Assembly: GCF_006345805.1 (NCBI RefSeq)
Contig: NC_043020.1
Span: 14,446,001-14,510,000, forward strand
DNA: 64,000 nucleotides
Direction of reading: 5' to 3'
DNA from: Octopus sinensis
Taxonomy: Eukaryota
Shown here one piece after another: positions 11,901 through 27,352 of the stretch (the first letter of the stretch is position 1; each line of letters opens with the position of its first letter). Position numbers and translations under genes: made by a program. The notes below the pieces were generated by a model. It did no database searches. It saw nothing but the letters and a program-made list of their open reading frames with translations, and was not told the DNA's origin.

Positions 11901-14900
11901 ACACTGCTAAGCATTATGTCCAGCGTAGTGATGATTCTGTTAGCTTGCTATCATAATAATAATAATAATAAGTGCATTTTCAGTGCTTGAAAATGACCAC
12001 ATCTCACTCCTCTGGAACTTCACCATTCAAACTGACAGAAAGATAGACGCAAATAGGACAGACATCATAGTAAAAGACTTCAGACAAAAAACATGCATCA
12101 TTGATATGACTGTCCCAATCAATATAAATGTATCTGTCAAGACCTACCAAAAACTGAGCAAATATAAAGATCTTGAAATAGAAATCAGCAAAATGTGGAA
12201 GCTGAAGACTAAAACAATACCTGTTGTCATAGGTGCCCTGGGAATGATAGCAAATGGGGCTGATTGCTACCTAACTCAGATACCAGGAAACCCAAAAATG
12301 GCAGAAATTCAAAAGATAGTGCTCATGAGAACTGCTCATATCCTATGCAAAATACTTTCTATGTAATCTCAAGGTTTAAAACAAACATTTTTTTTTTTAG
12401 ACATTCACTAGTACAACACCAAAAAAACCCCCCAAATATATGGCACACTAGACATAACAACAACATGAACTTCCAACCTGTTGTCTCTTGAGGTCTCTGG
12501 GTGAGACTTGGAGCCAACTTGTACAAACATATAATAATAATAATAATAATATTAATAATGATGATGGTGATGATTTCAAATTTTGGCATAAGGCCAGCAG
12601 TTTTGGGGAAGTGAGTAAGTACTTATTTCATTGACCCTGAAAGGATGAAAGGCAAAGTTGACCTTGGTGGAATTGGAACTCAGAATGTAAAGCTGGATGA
12701 AATGCCACTAAGCACTCTGCCCAGTGCCATAACAATTCTGCCAGCTCGTTGCCTTCATAATAATAATAATCCTTTCTAATATGAGCACAAAGCCTGAAAT
12801 TTTGGGGACAGTTGTAAGTCAGTTACATCAGCCCCAGTATGTAACTGGTACTTATTTTATCAACCTCAAAAGGATGAAAAGCCAAGTCAACCTCAGCAGA
12901 ATAATAATAATAATAATAATATAATAATAATAATAATCCTTTCTAATATGAGCACAAAGCCTGAAATTTTGGGGACAGTTGTAAAGTCAATTACATCAAC
13001 CCCAGTATGTAACTGGTACTTATTTTATCAACCTGGAAAGGATGAAAAGCAAAGTCAACCTCAGCAGAATAATAATAATGATAATAATAATCATAATTGA
13101 AAGTTGACTCAGTGGATTTCTCTAAAGACACTTTAGAGTCATGTTTAGCATCACCTAGAGCCAGGTTTAATATCATCTACAGCCACCCAGTGATGTTAAA
13201 CTGCGCCACAGATTATATCCACCATCTAAGAATAAGAAACAAAAAGATAATTTGTTCTTTCAATATATTTTGTATATTTATTTGTATTATTTCTGTTATG
13301 TGAAGGTTCAGTTGAAATGGCCTCTGATATCAGAATTCCTATAACTGCAGCCGTTGGATCTCCTCAAAGGTCAGTTTAGTCTTTTATAAAATATGAAATA
13401 TTGTGGGGGGTTTTTTGTGTTTTTTTATTTAGTTTCTTTGTAATTTGGATGTTTTAAGCATCGTAAAGCATGAGTTAGTTTGATTTTTATTTTATTTCTT
13501 TTGTCTGAGGGAAGTGAAAAGGGTCTGTGCCATAGCTTTTAAAGCTTTTTAAGATATCAGGGAAACAGGTGGATTATTGTATATTGGTGGTTGAGAGGGA
13601 TTTCAGATGGGTGTACTGCAAGTTGAAAATAATGGAGAAAGTGTCTCTAAGAAGAGAGAGTGTTACACATTCATATCTATGTGTATACGTAGGTATACAT
13701 GTGTAGAATACATCCCCACTTTTGGCACTATTTTGTCAGTAAACAGTACGAACTGTGTCTAAAGTATATATGTATTACTACGCCGAATGTTGACAGTCCG
13801 TGTAGCATGTAAAGTAAATAAACACGTAAAACAATAACAATAGCTTTGTTAGAGTTGTCTATCATCCATCAAGAATGGAACTACACGTAACAGAGATATG
13901 ATGTGATGTGAAGGAGAATAGAATTAAGTCAGTGTAGAAATTGGCAAGAATAACAATAAGGAATGATATGTCACTTTTGTTCCATGAAATAGAGCTTCTC
14001 TCGTCTTGCTGATACAACAAACCAGTTGGTAGTCAGACACCACATGATTTGTGAGTGCATCTTTGGATGATAGGATTTTAAAAAATGTAGCAGATCTTCA
14101 TTAATAAAGACAAAGCTCATATAAATGTATTTTTGAAAGACCAGTTGAGGCAAGTGAAATTGAAATCGAAATTAAATTCGATGACTGGCATCCGTGCTAG
14201 TGGAGTGCTAAGTGTACCATATGAGCGTGATCGTTGCCAGAGCAACAAGCTGGCCTCCGTGCCGGTGGCATGTAAAAACACCATTCAAGCATGATCGTTA
14301 CCTGCGTCACCTTACTGGCATTTGTGCTGATGGCACGTGAAGAAACATTCGAGCGAGGTCGCTGCCAGTGCCGCTGGACTGGCTCCTGTACAGGTGGCAC
14401 ATAAAAAGCACCATTTGAGCGTGGCCATTGCCAGTACCGCCTGACTGGCCCTCGTGCCGGTGGTACGTAAAAGCACTCACTACACTCTTGGAGTGGTTGG
14501 CATTAGGAAGGGCATCAAGCTGTAGAAACTCTGCCAGACCAGATTGGAGTCTGGTGCAGCCATCTGGTTCGCCAGACCTCAGTCAAATTGTCCAACCCAT
14601 GCTAGCATGGAAAGCAGACGTTAAACGATGAGGATGATGTGGGAAGAAAATGTTGAAAATACAAAAGCAAATATAACAAGTTCCTTTAGAGAGTATTCAT
14701 ACAAAAATTAGGTATTGTGAGAAAGTACATTTTTTTTGTTTTGTCTTAGGAAATAAATTGGATAATTCATGTTATAGAAAAAGTGTTAAAGTTGGCAGGG
14801 TGGACAGAAATAGGTCAGTTTTATGTTTTGTTTGACCAGTATATATTTGGTATTAAGACAAGCTAAACAAGAGGAGTTCAGCATTGTAGAAAGTGAAGTT

Positions 14901-17900
14901 AATATTTGGTTTGACTTGCACTCATAGGCAAGTGGTTCGTGATACAGAAGTAAAAGTAAAGGAATTAGACATAAGCAAAAGATTTCTCATTCAACTGAAT
15001 GTGTTGCATAATCTGAGACAGGTGAAAACTAGTTGGTTTTCTTCTGTGTTGCTGCTTGCTCAGTGTTTGTAGGAAGGTCAGCTACTTTTCTGTTGTTGAG
15101 TGAAGGAGCCAAGAGGAAAATTCGTTTGACTTTCACTTTTATATCTTTGAAACACCTATTTCTTTATTACCCACAAGGGGTTAAACATAGAGGGGACAAA
15201 AACGACAGACATAGGTATTAAGCTGATTACATCGACCCCAGTGCGTAACTGGTACTTAATTTATCGACCCCGAAAGGATGAAAGGCAAAGTTGACCTCGG
15301 CGGAATTTGAACTCACAACGTATGTGATTGTGAAATGTCAGTGTCATATGAGGGATCGGTTGTGGCTACTTTATATATATATATAAAACTGTAGTTGTGT
15401 GAGTGTCTGTCCCCTTCGATTTAGATTCCTAACTACTTCCACATAGTCGTGATTCATATCGAGCCCGTCTGAGTATTAGCGCGCGTCTACGATGAGTCTA
15501 CGATTTTAAAAATAATTTAACATCATTTTTTATTCCATTTTAATGCATAACTTTTCGTGTGTCGATGGCGGAGGAGTTGGCGTCCATGGTCACACCTGCA
15601 CCTGTTTGCTTCTCCCCCTTCTTCCCTCCCTCGTGAAGCTGTGGGGAAGGGAGTGTAAGGAAATCAACGTCGTAAAGCGTTGTCAAGGAGACCAGCGTTC
15701 TTTTAGAACAACGTCTTCATGGCTTGAAGACACCAAAACAGAAATGGCTAAGAAAGCCCGAATTGGCATCTATAAGGGAAGTAACTCTCTAAAAATGCTT
15801 ATATAGTTATTTCCCTTACAAACCCGAGCAACGCCGGGCGATACTGCTAGTAAACAATAAAGAAATTGGTCTCTTCAGAGGGGCAGAAGTCCCCTCCTGT
15901 TTTTTTGTTTTTTTTTTTTTTTGAAGTAGGAAGAGAAAAGCCATCCCAGTGTATGCATGTAGTTGTAGTTTTTAGTGAATGGCGTTTTACTTTTTGTATC
16001 GTTTGATGTCAAATGATGTTGATATTTTGTTGTATATTTTAATTCAAGAAACACCAGTCTCTATGAATATCTCTGCACCAACATTTGTGGCTTTGTGGGC
16101 AGTTGGCCAGCTCAGCATTTTGCTGTTGTTGTGAGTATCCCTAATTTCCCATTTTATTTATTCTGTTAACTTAAACCTTTTTCCAGGTTAAGCTGAAGTT
16201 TGTTAATTCAGTGTCAGATCAGAGAAAAATGTGTTTATTTTTTTGAATAGTCTGCTATCACAGATTTGTTTCCCTGGCATTACTTCATCTTTCTTACTAA
16301 AGAATCATCATCATATAGGCACAGGAGTGGCTGTGTGGTAAGTAGCTTGCTAACCAACCACATGGTTCCGGGTTCAGTCCCACTGCGTGGCATCTTGGGC
16401 AAGTGTCTTCTACTATAGCCTTGTGCCGACCAAAGCCTTGTGAGTGGATTTGGTAGACGGAAACTGAAAGAAGCCCGTCATATATATGTATATATATATC
16501 TATGTATATGTTTGTGTGTCTGTGTTTGTTCCCCCTAGCATTGCTTGACAACCAATGCTGGTGTGTTTATGTCCCCCATTACTTAGCGGTTCGGCAAAAG
16601 AGACCGATAGAATAAGTACTGGGCTTACAAAGAATAAGTCCCGAGATCGATTTGCTCGACTAAAAGGCAGTGCTCCAGCATGGCCGCAGTCAAATGACTA
16701 AAACAAGTAAAAGAGAGATATGTTTATTTTCCATGCTGGCATGGGTTGGATGGTTTCCCAAGCCGACCAGTTGAAGGGCTGTTCGGGCTCCATGTCTGTT
16801 TTGACATGGTTTCTACATCTGGATGCCCTTTCTAATGCCAACCTCTTTACAGAATGTACTGGATGCTTTTACACAGCGCCAGTACAGGTGCTTTTTACAT
16901 GGCACCAGCACTTATGAGCCCACAAGATAAGGGATGCTCAGCTGGATGGGGTTGCAAGGGACAAGCCTGGGTCCAAGAGCAACCACACTTTTACTTACCT
17001 TGATATGTCTATACAAGCATGGCACACCACCAGGAGTCTCAGCCCCCTTTCATCCCCCCCATGAGTCTCAATGTTTGTAGATCCTTTCCCACCACTTCAT
17101 CCGATGTCTTCTTGGGTCTACCCCTTCCCCATGTTCCCTCTACAATTAGAGAATGGCATCTTTCGATGCAATTGTCCTTCATATGCATTACATGGCTATA
17201 CCAGCGCAGTCTTCTCTCTTGCACACTACATCTGATGCTACATATACCCAGTTTTTCTCTCAAATCACTTATACTCTGTCATATATGCACACTGACATTA
17301 CCCATCCAGCAAAGCATACCAGCTTCATTTGTTTCAAGTTTTTCGCTGGAATAAATTACACTAAATTGGATTTTACCTGTACAACAGGTACTGGACTGAC
17401 CATACCATTGTTAAAGTCAATTTTTTTATTGAACAAAATAATTCTAGTGGAGCGCTAAGAGTACCAAACGAGTGAGATTGTTGCCAGAGCAACAAGCTGG
17501 CCTCTATGCCGATGGCACGTTAAAAACACCATTCGAGCATGATCATTACCTGCGTCGCCTTGCTAGCACTTTTGCTGGTGGTATGTGAAAAAACATTTGG
17601 GCAAGGTCGTTGTCATTGCCAGTGCTGCTGGACTGGCTCCTATGCAGGTGGCACATAAAAAGCACCATTTGAGTGTGGCCGTTGTCAGTATCGCCTGACT
17701 GGCCCTTGTGCTGGTGGCACGTAAAAGCATCCACTACACTCTCAGAATGGTTGGTGTTAGGAAGGGCATCCAGCTGTAGAAACTCTGCCAGATCAGATTG
17801 GAGCTTGGTGCAGCCATCTGCTTCACCAGACCTCAGTCAAATCGTCCACCCCATGCTAGTATGGAAAGCTGACGTTAAACGATGATGATGATGAATTCTA

Positions 17901-20900
17901 CAACCCATAAAACCCTATAAACCAAGGAGACTTAAGAAGAAATTAATTTAGAATGCTGGATGTCAGAGGTGTAATGATGTAAATTTTGGGGATTGACAAA
18001 GAGGCACAACATTACAGACCTATTCAACCCATATCAATATGTTAAAAATGAGTGAGATAAATGGATGATTTGATGATCAGTAACTTATGTAGAACATTTC
18101 TGTAACTCTTAATTGCTCAACACATGGAAATGAATAGACGTAATTGTTTCAAGAGATGGGCAGTTGATACGTCCACCTTGGTTAATCAATGCAAATATTT
18201 TAATGGAAAGTTTCTGATTCATCTAAAAATATTTTTGATATATGTTTGTTTCTCTGGATTCATCTTGCTCTCTCCCCCAATATATATATATATATAAACA
18301 AACCAGAATGTGTGTTTTCTGTGATGATTTGATAAGCTGTGCCAAGTATTACCATTCTGTAAATATTGATATTTTATAAGCTTAAAACTCATAAGCGATC
18401 ACTGTGTACTGGCTAAAGAAAATAATCTAATATTGGGGCAAATAAGCCCTCACGACAGTGCTGCTTTTCACAATGATCAGTTATAAGTTTTTTAATCATA
18501 AAAAATATTAAAACATAAGTGGATCACAAAAAAGTTTAAAAAATGATTTATTTATGATTTGGTTTATGTCTATCATTGTTTGAATTGCATAATAGTAGTT
18601 TTATCTCTAATTTATATTTTATATATTTATATTGTGAAATTTGATTTAATTCTAAATTGAATTTTTCCCTGTAAGTTTGGAGTTATACTCCCTAATATTA
18701 TTATTATTATTATATGTGTGTGTGTGTAATGGAAATGTTACAAAAAGAAAATAGAAACTACACATGGAAATGTAAGGGATATATATATGTATAATACAAA
18801 ATATATACATGCTCACTTACAATAAATCTGTTGTCTGTTCCAGGAGTCTGTCCTCTTGACCAACTTACTCCACAGTAACCCTTACTGTAAAATGATGGCC
18901 TGTGATGTTTGGTGTTTCATTGGACGGTGAATATTGAGATTTATATTGTTGTTCTTTATTGATTCGTTATAATAAATAACAAAAATGTATTAAATCTAGT
19001 GTCAAAATCTTGATGAAACAGAGACCTGTAATCAAATGCATTCCAACCATGTCCACCCTGTCGAATATCTAGGACTACATTGTGTCTGTTTTTTTAAAAT
19101 CTGCTGTTGACATTCAACAATAATTCACTTGTAGAATGTGATTAGTGTGAATCAGAAAATTCCATAGACCTGGGGTTTGAGAAGGAAGTCCTTTGACCAG
19201 GTAACTCTCACAGGTAACTTGTCTAAAAAATATTGATACTGAGGCAGATGTAGTTATTCATCATCATCGTCATTTATCGTCTGCTTTCCATGCTAGCATG
19301 TGTCGGATAGTTTGACTGAGAACTGGCAATCCGGGAGGCTGCACCAGGCTCCAATCTGATTTGGCAAAGTTTCTACAACTAGATGGCCTTCCTAATGCCA
19401 GCCACTCTAAGTGGGTAGTGAGTGCTTTGTACGTATCACTGACACGGGAGCCAGTCAGGCGGTACTGGCATCAGCCACACTCAAGTGGTGCTTTTTACGT
19501 GCCAGTCAGGTGGCACTGGCATTGGCCACAACTACGATTTCACTCGGTTCAACAGATCTTCACAAGCACAACACCTGTATGTATCTGACACCTCATCAGC
19601 TAACACTTTGTTGGTTAGAGGATGAGAGTTCCAGTTGATCCAATCAATGGAACAGCCTGCTCATTAACATAACATGCAAGTGACTGAGCTTAATATAGTT
19701 CTCAGGGAGATTCAGCATAACACAGAACGTAAATTACAAATACTACTTATTTTTGCCAGCTGAGTGGACTGGAGCAACATGAAATAAAGTGTCTTGCTCA
19801 AGGACACAATGCTTTGCTAGGCGTGGGCATGGCTGTGTGGTTACATATATATGACAGGCTTCTTTCAGTTTCCGTCTACCAAATCCACTCACAAGGCCTT
19901 GGTCGGCCCGGGGCTATAGCAGAAGACACTTACCCAAGGTGCCACGCAGTGGGACTGAACCTGGAACCATGTAGTTGGTAAGCAAGCTACTTACCACACA
20001 GCCACTCCTGCGCCTGTTGTCAACATTTTGCATGTAGTGAAGAATTGTGTGTACCAGTGACAAATCAAGTCAAGTGAATAAATTATTTTTTAAACTGTTA
20101 ATCGATTCACTCATTTGTTTACTTCAAAGACATTCACATTCCTTTTGCATCTGTTCACCTGATACACTCACATAACCACTACATATTACTTCACAGCCTA
20201 CCTATTTTCTCCATTGTTTCTACTTAATAGTTATGGCAGTGCTGCTTTGTGTCATCACCATGTGAAGGTCCTGGCAGCTGTGTGGCTAGCTCTGGACTGG
20301 TCTCAGGCTCAGTTTTATGAACATGTCCTACAGCTCTTCCACAGACTCTTCAAGTTTCAGTTAATTAAAGACCAGGTGAGGGAAAATAATTTCTAACATC
20401 TTGCCTAATCTTTTTTCACTCTCATCTCCCCATCACCTCATACCATTATTCCACCCTTCATATATTTATTTCTTCATTACCCACACGGGGCTAAACATAG
20501 AGGGGACAAACAAGGACAGACAAAGGGATTAAGTCGATTACATCGACCCCAGTGCGAAACTGGTACTTTATTTATCGACCCCGAAAGGATGAAAGGCAAA
20601 GTCGACCTCAACAGAATTTGAACTCAGAACGTAACGACAGACGAAATACCGCTAAGCATTTCGCCCGGCGCGCTAACGTTTCTGCCAGCTCGCCGCCTTC
20701 ATATATTTATCTCCTCACACCACCAGGAAAGCTGTAATGTTGTAAGTAGGTCCCTTCATTTTTGCTAGCCGAGTGGACTGCAGCAATGTGAAATAAAGTG
20801 TCTTGCTTAACCCTTTAGTGTTCGCATTATTCTGCCAAAATTAATCCTTTTTTATCCACATTGTTTTGAATTAATCAGGCATTATCTTGTAGCTGTGAGA

Positions 20901-22128
20901 TTTTGATGAGGTAGCTGTTAATTTTTAAAACGATATTGTAGGGTTGGTGTGAGAGACCAGATCTGGCCAGTTTGAACATAAAACAGGTAGAATATTTTTG
21001 GCCGGATGTGGCCGGTTTAAATGCTAAAGGGTTAAGGACACAGCACACTGTCAGGAATTGAACTCATGACCTTATGACCGTGAGCTGAATAGCCTAACCA
21101 CTATAGCACTACAAGAAACATTGAAAAATGTAAGACTTGTAGAAGCCACAAATAGGCAACAAGTCTTAGATGTTCTCAAACCAGGTTCTATCACACACAG
21201 TGAGTGACCAATTGTGTTTAAAGATTTTGAGTGTGTATGCATGAGACTACTAGGGTTTGGACAATTGACCAGCAGATGCTATGTAACTCAGTAAACTTTA
21301 ATTCCATATGTCGGAAAATATGAACTAAACAGAAAGTTGGTGTGGGTTAAAATTCGTTCTACGAGTGGTCAGTTTTCTAGCCATAACTATTGTGAAATAG
21401 GTTGTCTTAGGATTGTGATCCTCTTATAATGATACTCTTTAGAAAAGTTGTCAACTTTATTGAGTTTCTCTTGCTACATTATTTTTTTTTTCTGAATGTG
21501 GTTCCATATGTTAGGATTTAATTATATTTCCATTGGTTTATATATATATATATATACACACACACGAGCAAAACGCCCTCCGTCCAATGGACAGTGCTGA
21601 ATCATATCTGCTGAATAAAAAGCAATCAGTGTTTTCTTTTCATTAAAAAATAATTAAACATGCCTTTATTTCAATAAAATTTTTGGTTTTATTAAATGAA
21701 GTTAAGGCAAAAAAAAAAATTTCTGGAGAAACCAAATAGTCTTTCCTTCCTTCATGCCAAGTTTGAAGAAAATATCTCCTTTGCATTTTACTTTTTTGGT
21801 CTCTTAAATATACTGCATTTTGTGGCATTATTTCAAGCCAGCAAGCTTTTTTTGCGCAAACTCTACGTGCATTTTTCTTGCATACGTGAAGTATCAGTTG
21901 CAACAGCTGATGTACTTGCACGTACAAATACACGTTCCCACAGCATTATTGATCACATCCTCACTTGGAATCGAGTTTTGTAATTTTTTCAAGACTTATT
22001 CACACCCTGATACTGTCGGTATCTACATATCAAATTTGAGCGCAATCAGATGGAGGATGCCCGAGATCCTAGAAGACACACACACAGACAGACAGAACGG
22101 ATTTTGTATAATAGAAGATATATATATA

Positions 22129-22175
<47 letters not shown>

Positions 22176-25100
22176 GTTTGATATTCAAAACTGTTTTTAT
22201 AGCTAACAATTGTATTTTAGGAAGAAATTCTCAAGTTATACCCACCAGCAAACAATCTTTCTCTCTGGAGTCTTGCACAATTAGACACACTTCAAGAAAC
22301 AATATCATCTCCCCTTAAAAGTGAATTGGTGCAGACCAGTGCAAAAATCATCCACAGCTTGTGTTCCTTGGAAACATTCTCTGACAAAGATATGAAGTCT
22401 TGTGTAAGTGTGTTTAATTGTATTTTGTTTTATTTTTTTCTATTAAACAGAACATGTTTACAGAAATGGTTTATAAGTGAATTAACCCTTTAGCATTCAG
22501 ATTGCTCTGTCAAATGTAAAGCTTGTTTAATTACATTATTTTAAATTAATTGTACAGCATCTTGTAACTCTGAGATTTTGATGATGTCCCTGTTTATTTT
22601 TAGAATGACTTTGTAGGGTAGGTGTGAGAGGTCAGAGCTGGCTGGTTTGAGCATAAAACAAGAAGACATTTTTGGTCTGGTATGGCCGGTTTAAACACTA
22701 AAGGGTTAAATGTCTCCTGAGAATTTACTTTCATTTGTTTAATTAAGATCTCCAGCATCTACAAAATACCAGTAATACGCTCTGCCCAGTCACTTAGTTA
22801 TACTTCTTTCTCAACAACATTTAATCTGAGATTATTTCTTTAACAAAAGCTGAGTTGGTGGAGGGACGGCGAGCTGGGAGAATCATTAGCACGCCGGACA
22901 AAATGCGTAGCCGTATTTCGTCTGCCGCTACGTTCTGAGAGTTCAAATTCCGCCGAGGTCAACTTTGCCTTTCATCCTTTCGGGGTTGACAAAATAAGTA
23001 CCAGTTACGCACTGGGGTCGATATAATCGACTTAATCCGTTTGTCTGTCCTTGTTTGTCCTCTCTGTGTTTAGCCCCTTGTGGGTAGTAAAGAAATGGGT
23101 GTAGAGTATCTGATAATCTTGGAAAGGAAGGTGAAACATCAGACTGGAGAAGTGATCCAAATGCTTGCAACAGTGCACCTGTAACTGCACATAACACTGG
23201 ATTATGCCCTTTTAATCGTGCATGCATGCACACTCATCTATTGATAGCCCTGAGATGTAAATAAAACTGATCACACATGCTGCTTGACTTATCATTGAAA
23301 AACAACAGTATCACAGTACTCAAGAGCAAGGTGGTTGTCAAACTGGGTGACAACACATTCAGTCCACTATAACAAGTTACGAAAAAAACAGATATTTTGA
23401 TGTGGTGTGAAAGAAAGAAGTTGTAAATATAGTCGAGTTAACGGTTCCTCATGAAGATAATATGGACGCTGCTCGGGCTTGAAAATTGAACTGTTATGTA
23501 AACCTCCTCGAGGAATGTGAAGACACAGGCTGGAAAGCGGAACATTTTCCTATCGAAGTCAGCGTGAGACGACTGTTGTTATCGCTAGGCCTAACTCATC
23601 GTAAAGTCAATACCACCATGACTGATATCCAATCTACAGTGGAGAAGGCTAGCCACTGGATTTGGTTAAAAAGAGACAATGAGCAATGGCTAGAAGGATA
23701 TTGAGTTTAACTGCATAACCAGCTCATCTAGCAAGCGGGGCCTCATATCAGTGTGGGGGGCCGGTGCGCATTGATGCCATCGAGATGTATGTACATAGTA
23801 GTACATAGGTAATCATTTTTTTATTTCGTATATTTTCTTGCTTATTTTTTACACTTTGGTTTTTTGCTGAGTTTTTTCTTGAGAACAAATTCTTCGTGGA
23901 AAATAGCGATCTTGACGTCTATATCTAACATATTGACTGTCCACTTTTAGTGGTCAGTCCTTTAAATTTTATATATACCTTGTATATATTTGCCCATCTA
24001 GCTTTTCAAAATCCAGTGAATTATTCATTTGAAAGATAATTATTTCTTATGTGCTGGTGGCACATAAAAAGCACCATCCGAACGTGGTCGATGCCAGTGC
24101 CGCCTTGACTGGCTTCCGTGCTGGTGGCACGTTAAAAGCACCAACCGATCGTGGCCGATGCCAGACTCCCCTGGCACCTGTGCCGGTGGCACGTAAAAAG
24201 TACCCATACACTCACAGAGTGGTTGGCGTTAGACAGGGCATCCAGCTGTAGAAACACTGCCAGATCAGACTGGAGCCTGGTGCAGACCCTGGCTTCCCAG
24301 ACCCTGGATGAACCGTCCAACCCGTGCTAGCACGGAAAACGAACGTTAAACGATGATGATGATGATGATGATGCTCAGAAATGATTATGCAGTTTTTTAA
24401 AATGCCTATTGCTGGATTTGAACCCATAGCACTTATTCACTGTCCTTTTCATGATAACCACTTAACTGGTATTCTTTCTTCCATTCACAGCTCGATGTCC
24501 TCAAGTGCCTCCGCAGTTTAAGTCGATATTTGGTGACATTATCCCAATCGGGATGCACCCTTCACTATTTGGTTTTACAACGTCTGGCAATGCTGTGGTC
24601 ATCTGAGCCAAAGTTGAGCAGCTCAGCTAGCAGCAAGTGTTATCATTCTCTCATACTCAGCAGTCTTCTTGTTACATCAGCCCAGTTACTCCCAGTCATG
24701 AAGCCAGCACACATATCTTCCGTATGTACCTCTTATATCACACAAAATGTTATTGGTCTTTTATGTACAGTACTCTCTCTTTACTCTTTTACTTGTTTCA
24801 GTCATTTGACTGTGCCCATGCTGGAGCACCGCCTTTAGTCGAGCAAATCGACCCCAGGACTTATTCTTTTGTAAGCCTAGTACTTATTCTATCGTTCTCT
24901 TTTGCCGAACTGCTAAGTTACGGGGACGTAAACACACCAGCATCGGTTGTCAAGCGATGTTGGGAGGACAAAAATAGACACACATACACACACACACACA
25001 TATATATATACATATATACGACGGGCTTCTTTCAGTTTCTGTCTACCAAATCCACTCACAAGGCTTTGGTCGGCCCGAGGCTATAGTAGAAGACACTTGC

Positions 25101-27295
25101 CCAAGGTGCCACGCAGTGGGACTGAACCCGGAACCATGTGGTTGGTAAGCAAGCTACTTACCACACAGCCACTCCTGCGCCTACATGCTGGGCAAAATGC
25201 TTAACAATGTTTTGTCGTATCCTCATGTTCTGAGTTCATATTGCACTGGGGTCGACTTTGCCTTACATCCTTTCAGGGTGGGGTCAGTAAAATAAGTACA
25301 GGTCGAATACTGGTGGGGTTGATGTAATTGACTTATTCCCTTCTCTGAAAATTGTTGGCCTTGTGCCAAAATTTGAAATCAATATTGCTTGTTTGATTGT
25401 TTGACTTGGCCTTTAACCCTTTAGTATTTAAACCAGCCATATCTGGCCAAAATATTTAATCTGTTTTATGCTCAAACTGACCAGATCCATGCTCTCACAC
25501 CTACCCTACAATGTTATTCTACATTAAGTAATTACACCATAAAGATCTTGAAGATATGAGATAATGCATGATTAATACAAATCAATGTGAATCAATAAGC
25601 ATTATGTTTGATAGAATAATCTGAACACTAAAGGGTTAATGAGATTAAATGTTGTCACTGACTCTTGTTTATTCTGTCGGCAGATTGTGAACACATTGGA
25701 AAAACTATTTGATTTGGAACCAGATGAAATTCTACGATTGGCTACTTCGTTGTTTTTGAAAGAGATTGGCAAAGTTGATTTACAAAATAATGAAGTAAGA
25801 GCTTATTGTTGTTGTTATTATCGTCATCATCATCACCACTGTGGATTGGCAGAATTGTTAGAGCTGGCAGGAACGTTAACACGCCAGGCGAAATGCGTAG
25901 CCGTGTTTCGTCTGCCGTTACGTTCTGAGTTCAAATTCCACCGAGGTCGACTTTGCCTTTCATCCTTTCGGGGTCAATAAATTAAGTACCAGTTACGCAC
26001 TGGGGTCGATCTAATCGACTTAATCCCTTTGTCTGTCCTTGTTTGTCCCCTCTGTGTGTAGCCCCTTGTGGGCAATAATGAAATAAACGTTAGCACGCCG
26101 GGCGAAATGCGTAGCTGTGTTTCGTCTGCCGTTACGTTCTGAGTTCAAATTCCGCCGAGGTCGACTTTGCCTTTCATCCTTTCGGGGTCAATAAATTAAG
26201 TACCAGTTACGCACTGGGGTCGATCTAATCGACTTAATCCCTTTGTCTGTCCTTGTTTGTCCCCTCTGTGTGTAGCCCCTTGTGGGCAATAAAGAAATAA
26301 GAATTCTTAGAACGTAGAGCATTACTGATTTACTAAGAATATTTTAGAGAGAGACAGACAGAGAGAAAGAGAGAACGTGTGTGTGTGTGTGTGTGTGTGT
26401 GAGGGGTGGGGTTGAGATTATTTCTTGTAAAGTATACTAAAATTGATTAATACATTTTCATCATCATCATCATCATTTAACGTCCGTTTTCCATGCTAGC
26501 ATGGATTGGACGGTTCAACTGGGGTCTGGGAAGCCAATAGGCTGCACCAAACTCCAGTCTGATCTGACAGTGTTTCTACAGCTGGATGCCCTTCCTAACG
26601 CCAACCACTCCATGAGTGTAGTGGGTGCTTTTTATGTGTCAGGCGAGGCTGGCAACGGCCACGATCGGTTGGTGCTTTTTACATGCCACCCGCACGGAGG
26701 CCAGTCAGGGCAGTGCTGGCAACGGCCACGTTCGGATGGTTCTTTTATGTGCCACTGGCACTGGTATCACAACTACAATTTCCATTGATTTTTTAAATAT
26801 CTATCCATTGGATGTCACAGTAATGACTTCTGAGGACATTAAGCAATGAATGCTGTGAAAAACTGGCAATCAGGAATTGATCTTAGACCACACTCTTAGG
26901 CCTGCCCAATATGTGTGTGTGTGTGTGTGTATGGTTTGGCTGTGTGCTTAAGAAACATACCTCCCAACCAAATGGTTGCAGGTTCACTCTCACAGAGCAG
27001 CATCTTGGGCAAGTGTCTTCGGCTATACTCCTGGGCTTAACCAAAGCCTTGTGAGTGAATTTAGAAAATGCAAACTGAAAGAATTCCATGTCATATATGT
27101 CTGTTGGCCTTGTGATTGCATAATAATTGTAAACAAGGAGTGGCTGTGTGGTAAGTAGCTTGCTTACCAACCACATGGTTCCGGGTTCAGTCCCACTGTG
27201 TGTCACCTTGGGCAAGTGTCTTCTACTATAGCCTCGGGCCGACCAAAGCTTTGTGAGTGGATTTGGTAGATGGAAACTGGAAGAAGCCCGTCGTA

Positions 27296-27352
<57 letters not shown>

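Noticed and set aside
15543-15806. 87-aa ORF repeated at 38314-38577
   Set aside because: It lies inside non-autonomous Helitron copies, is absent from two other copies, and resembles no protein I recognise; the repetition reflects element copy identity.
21110-21200. Possible extra FIRRM exon
   Set aside because: Exons I and J join in phase and align with the homolog without it; the acceptor is poor.
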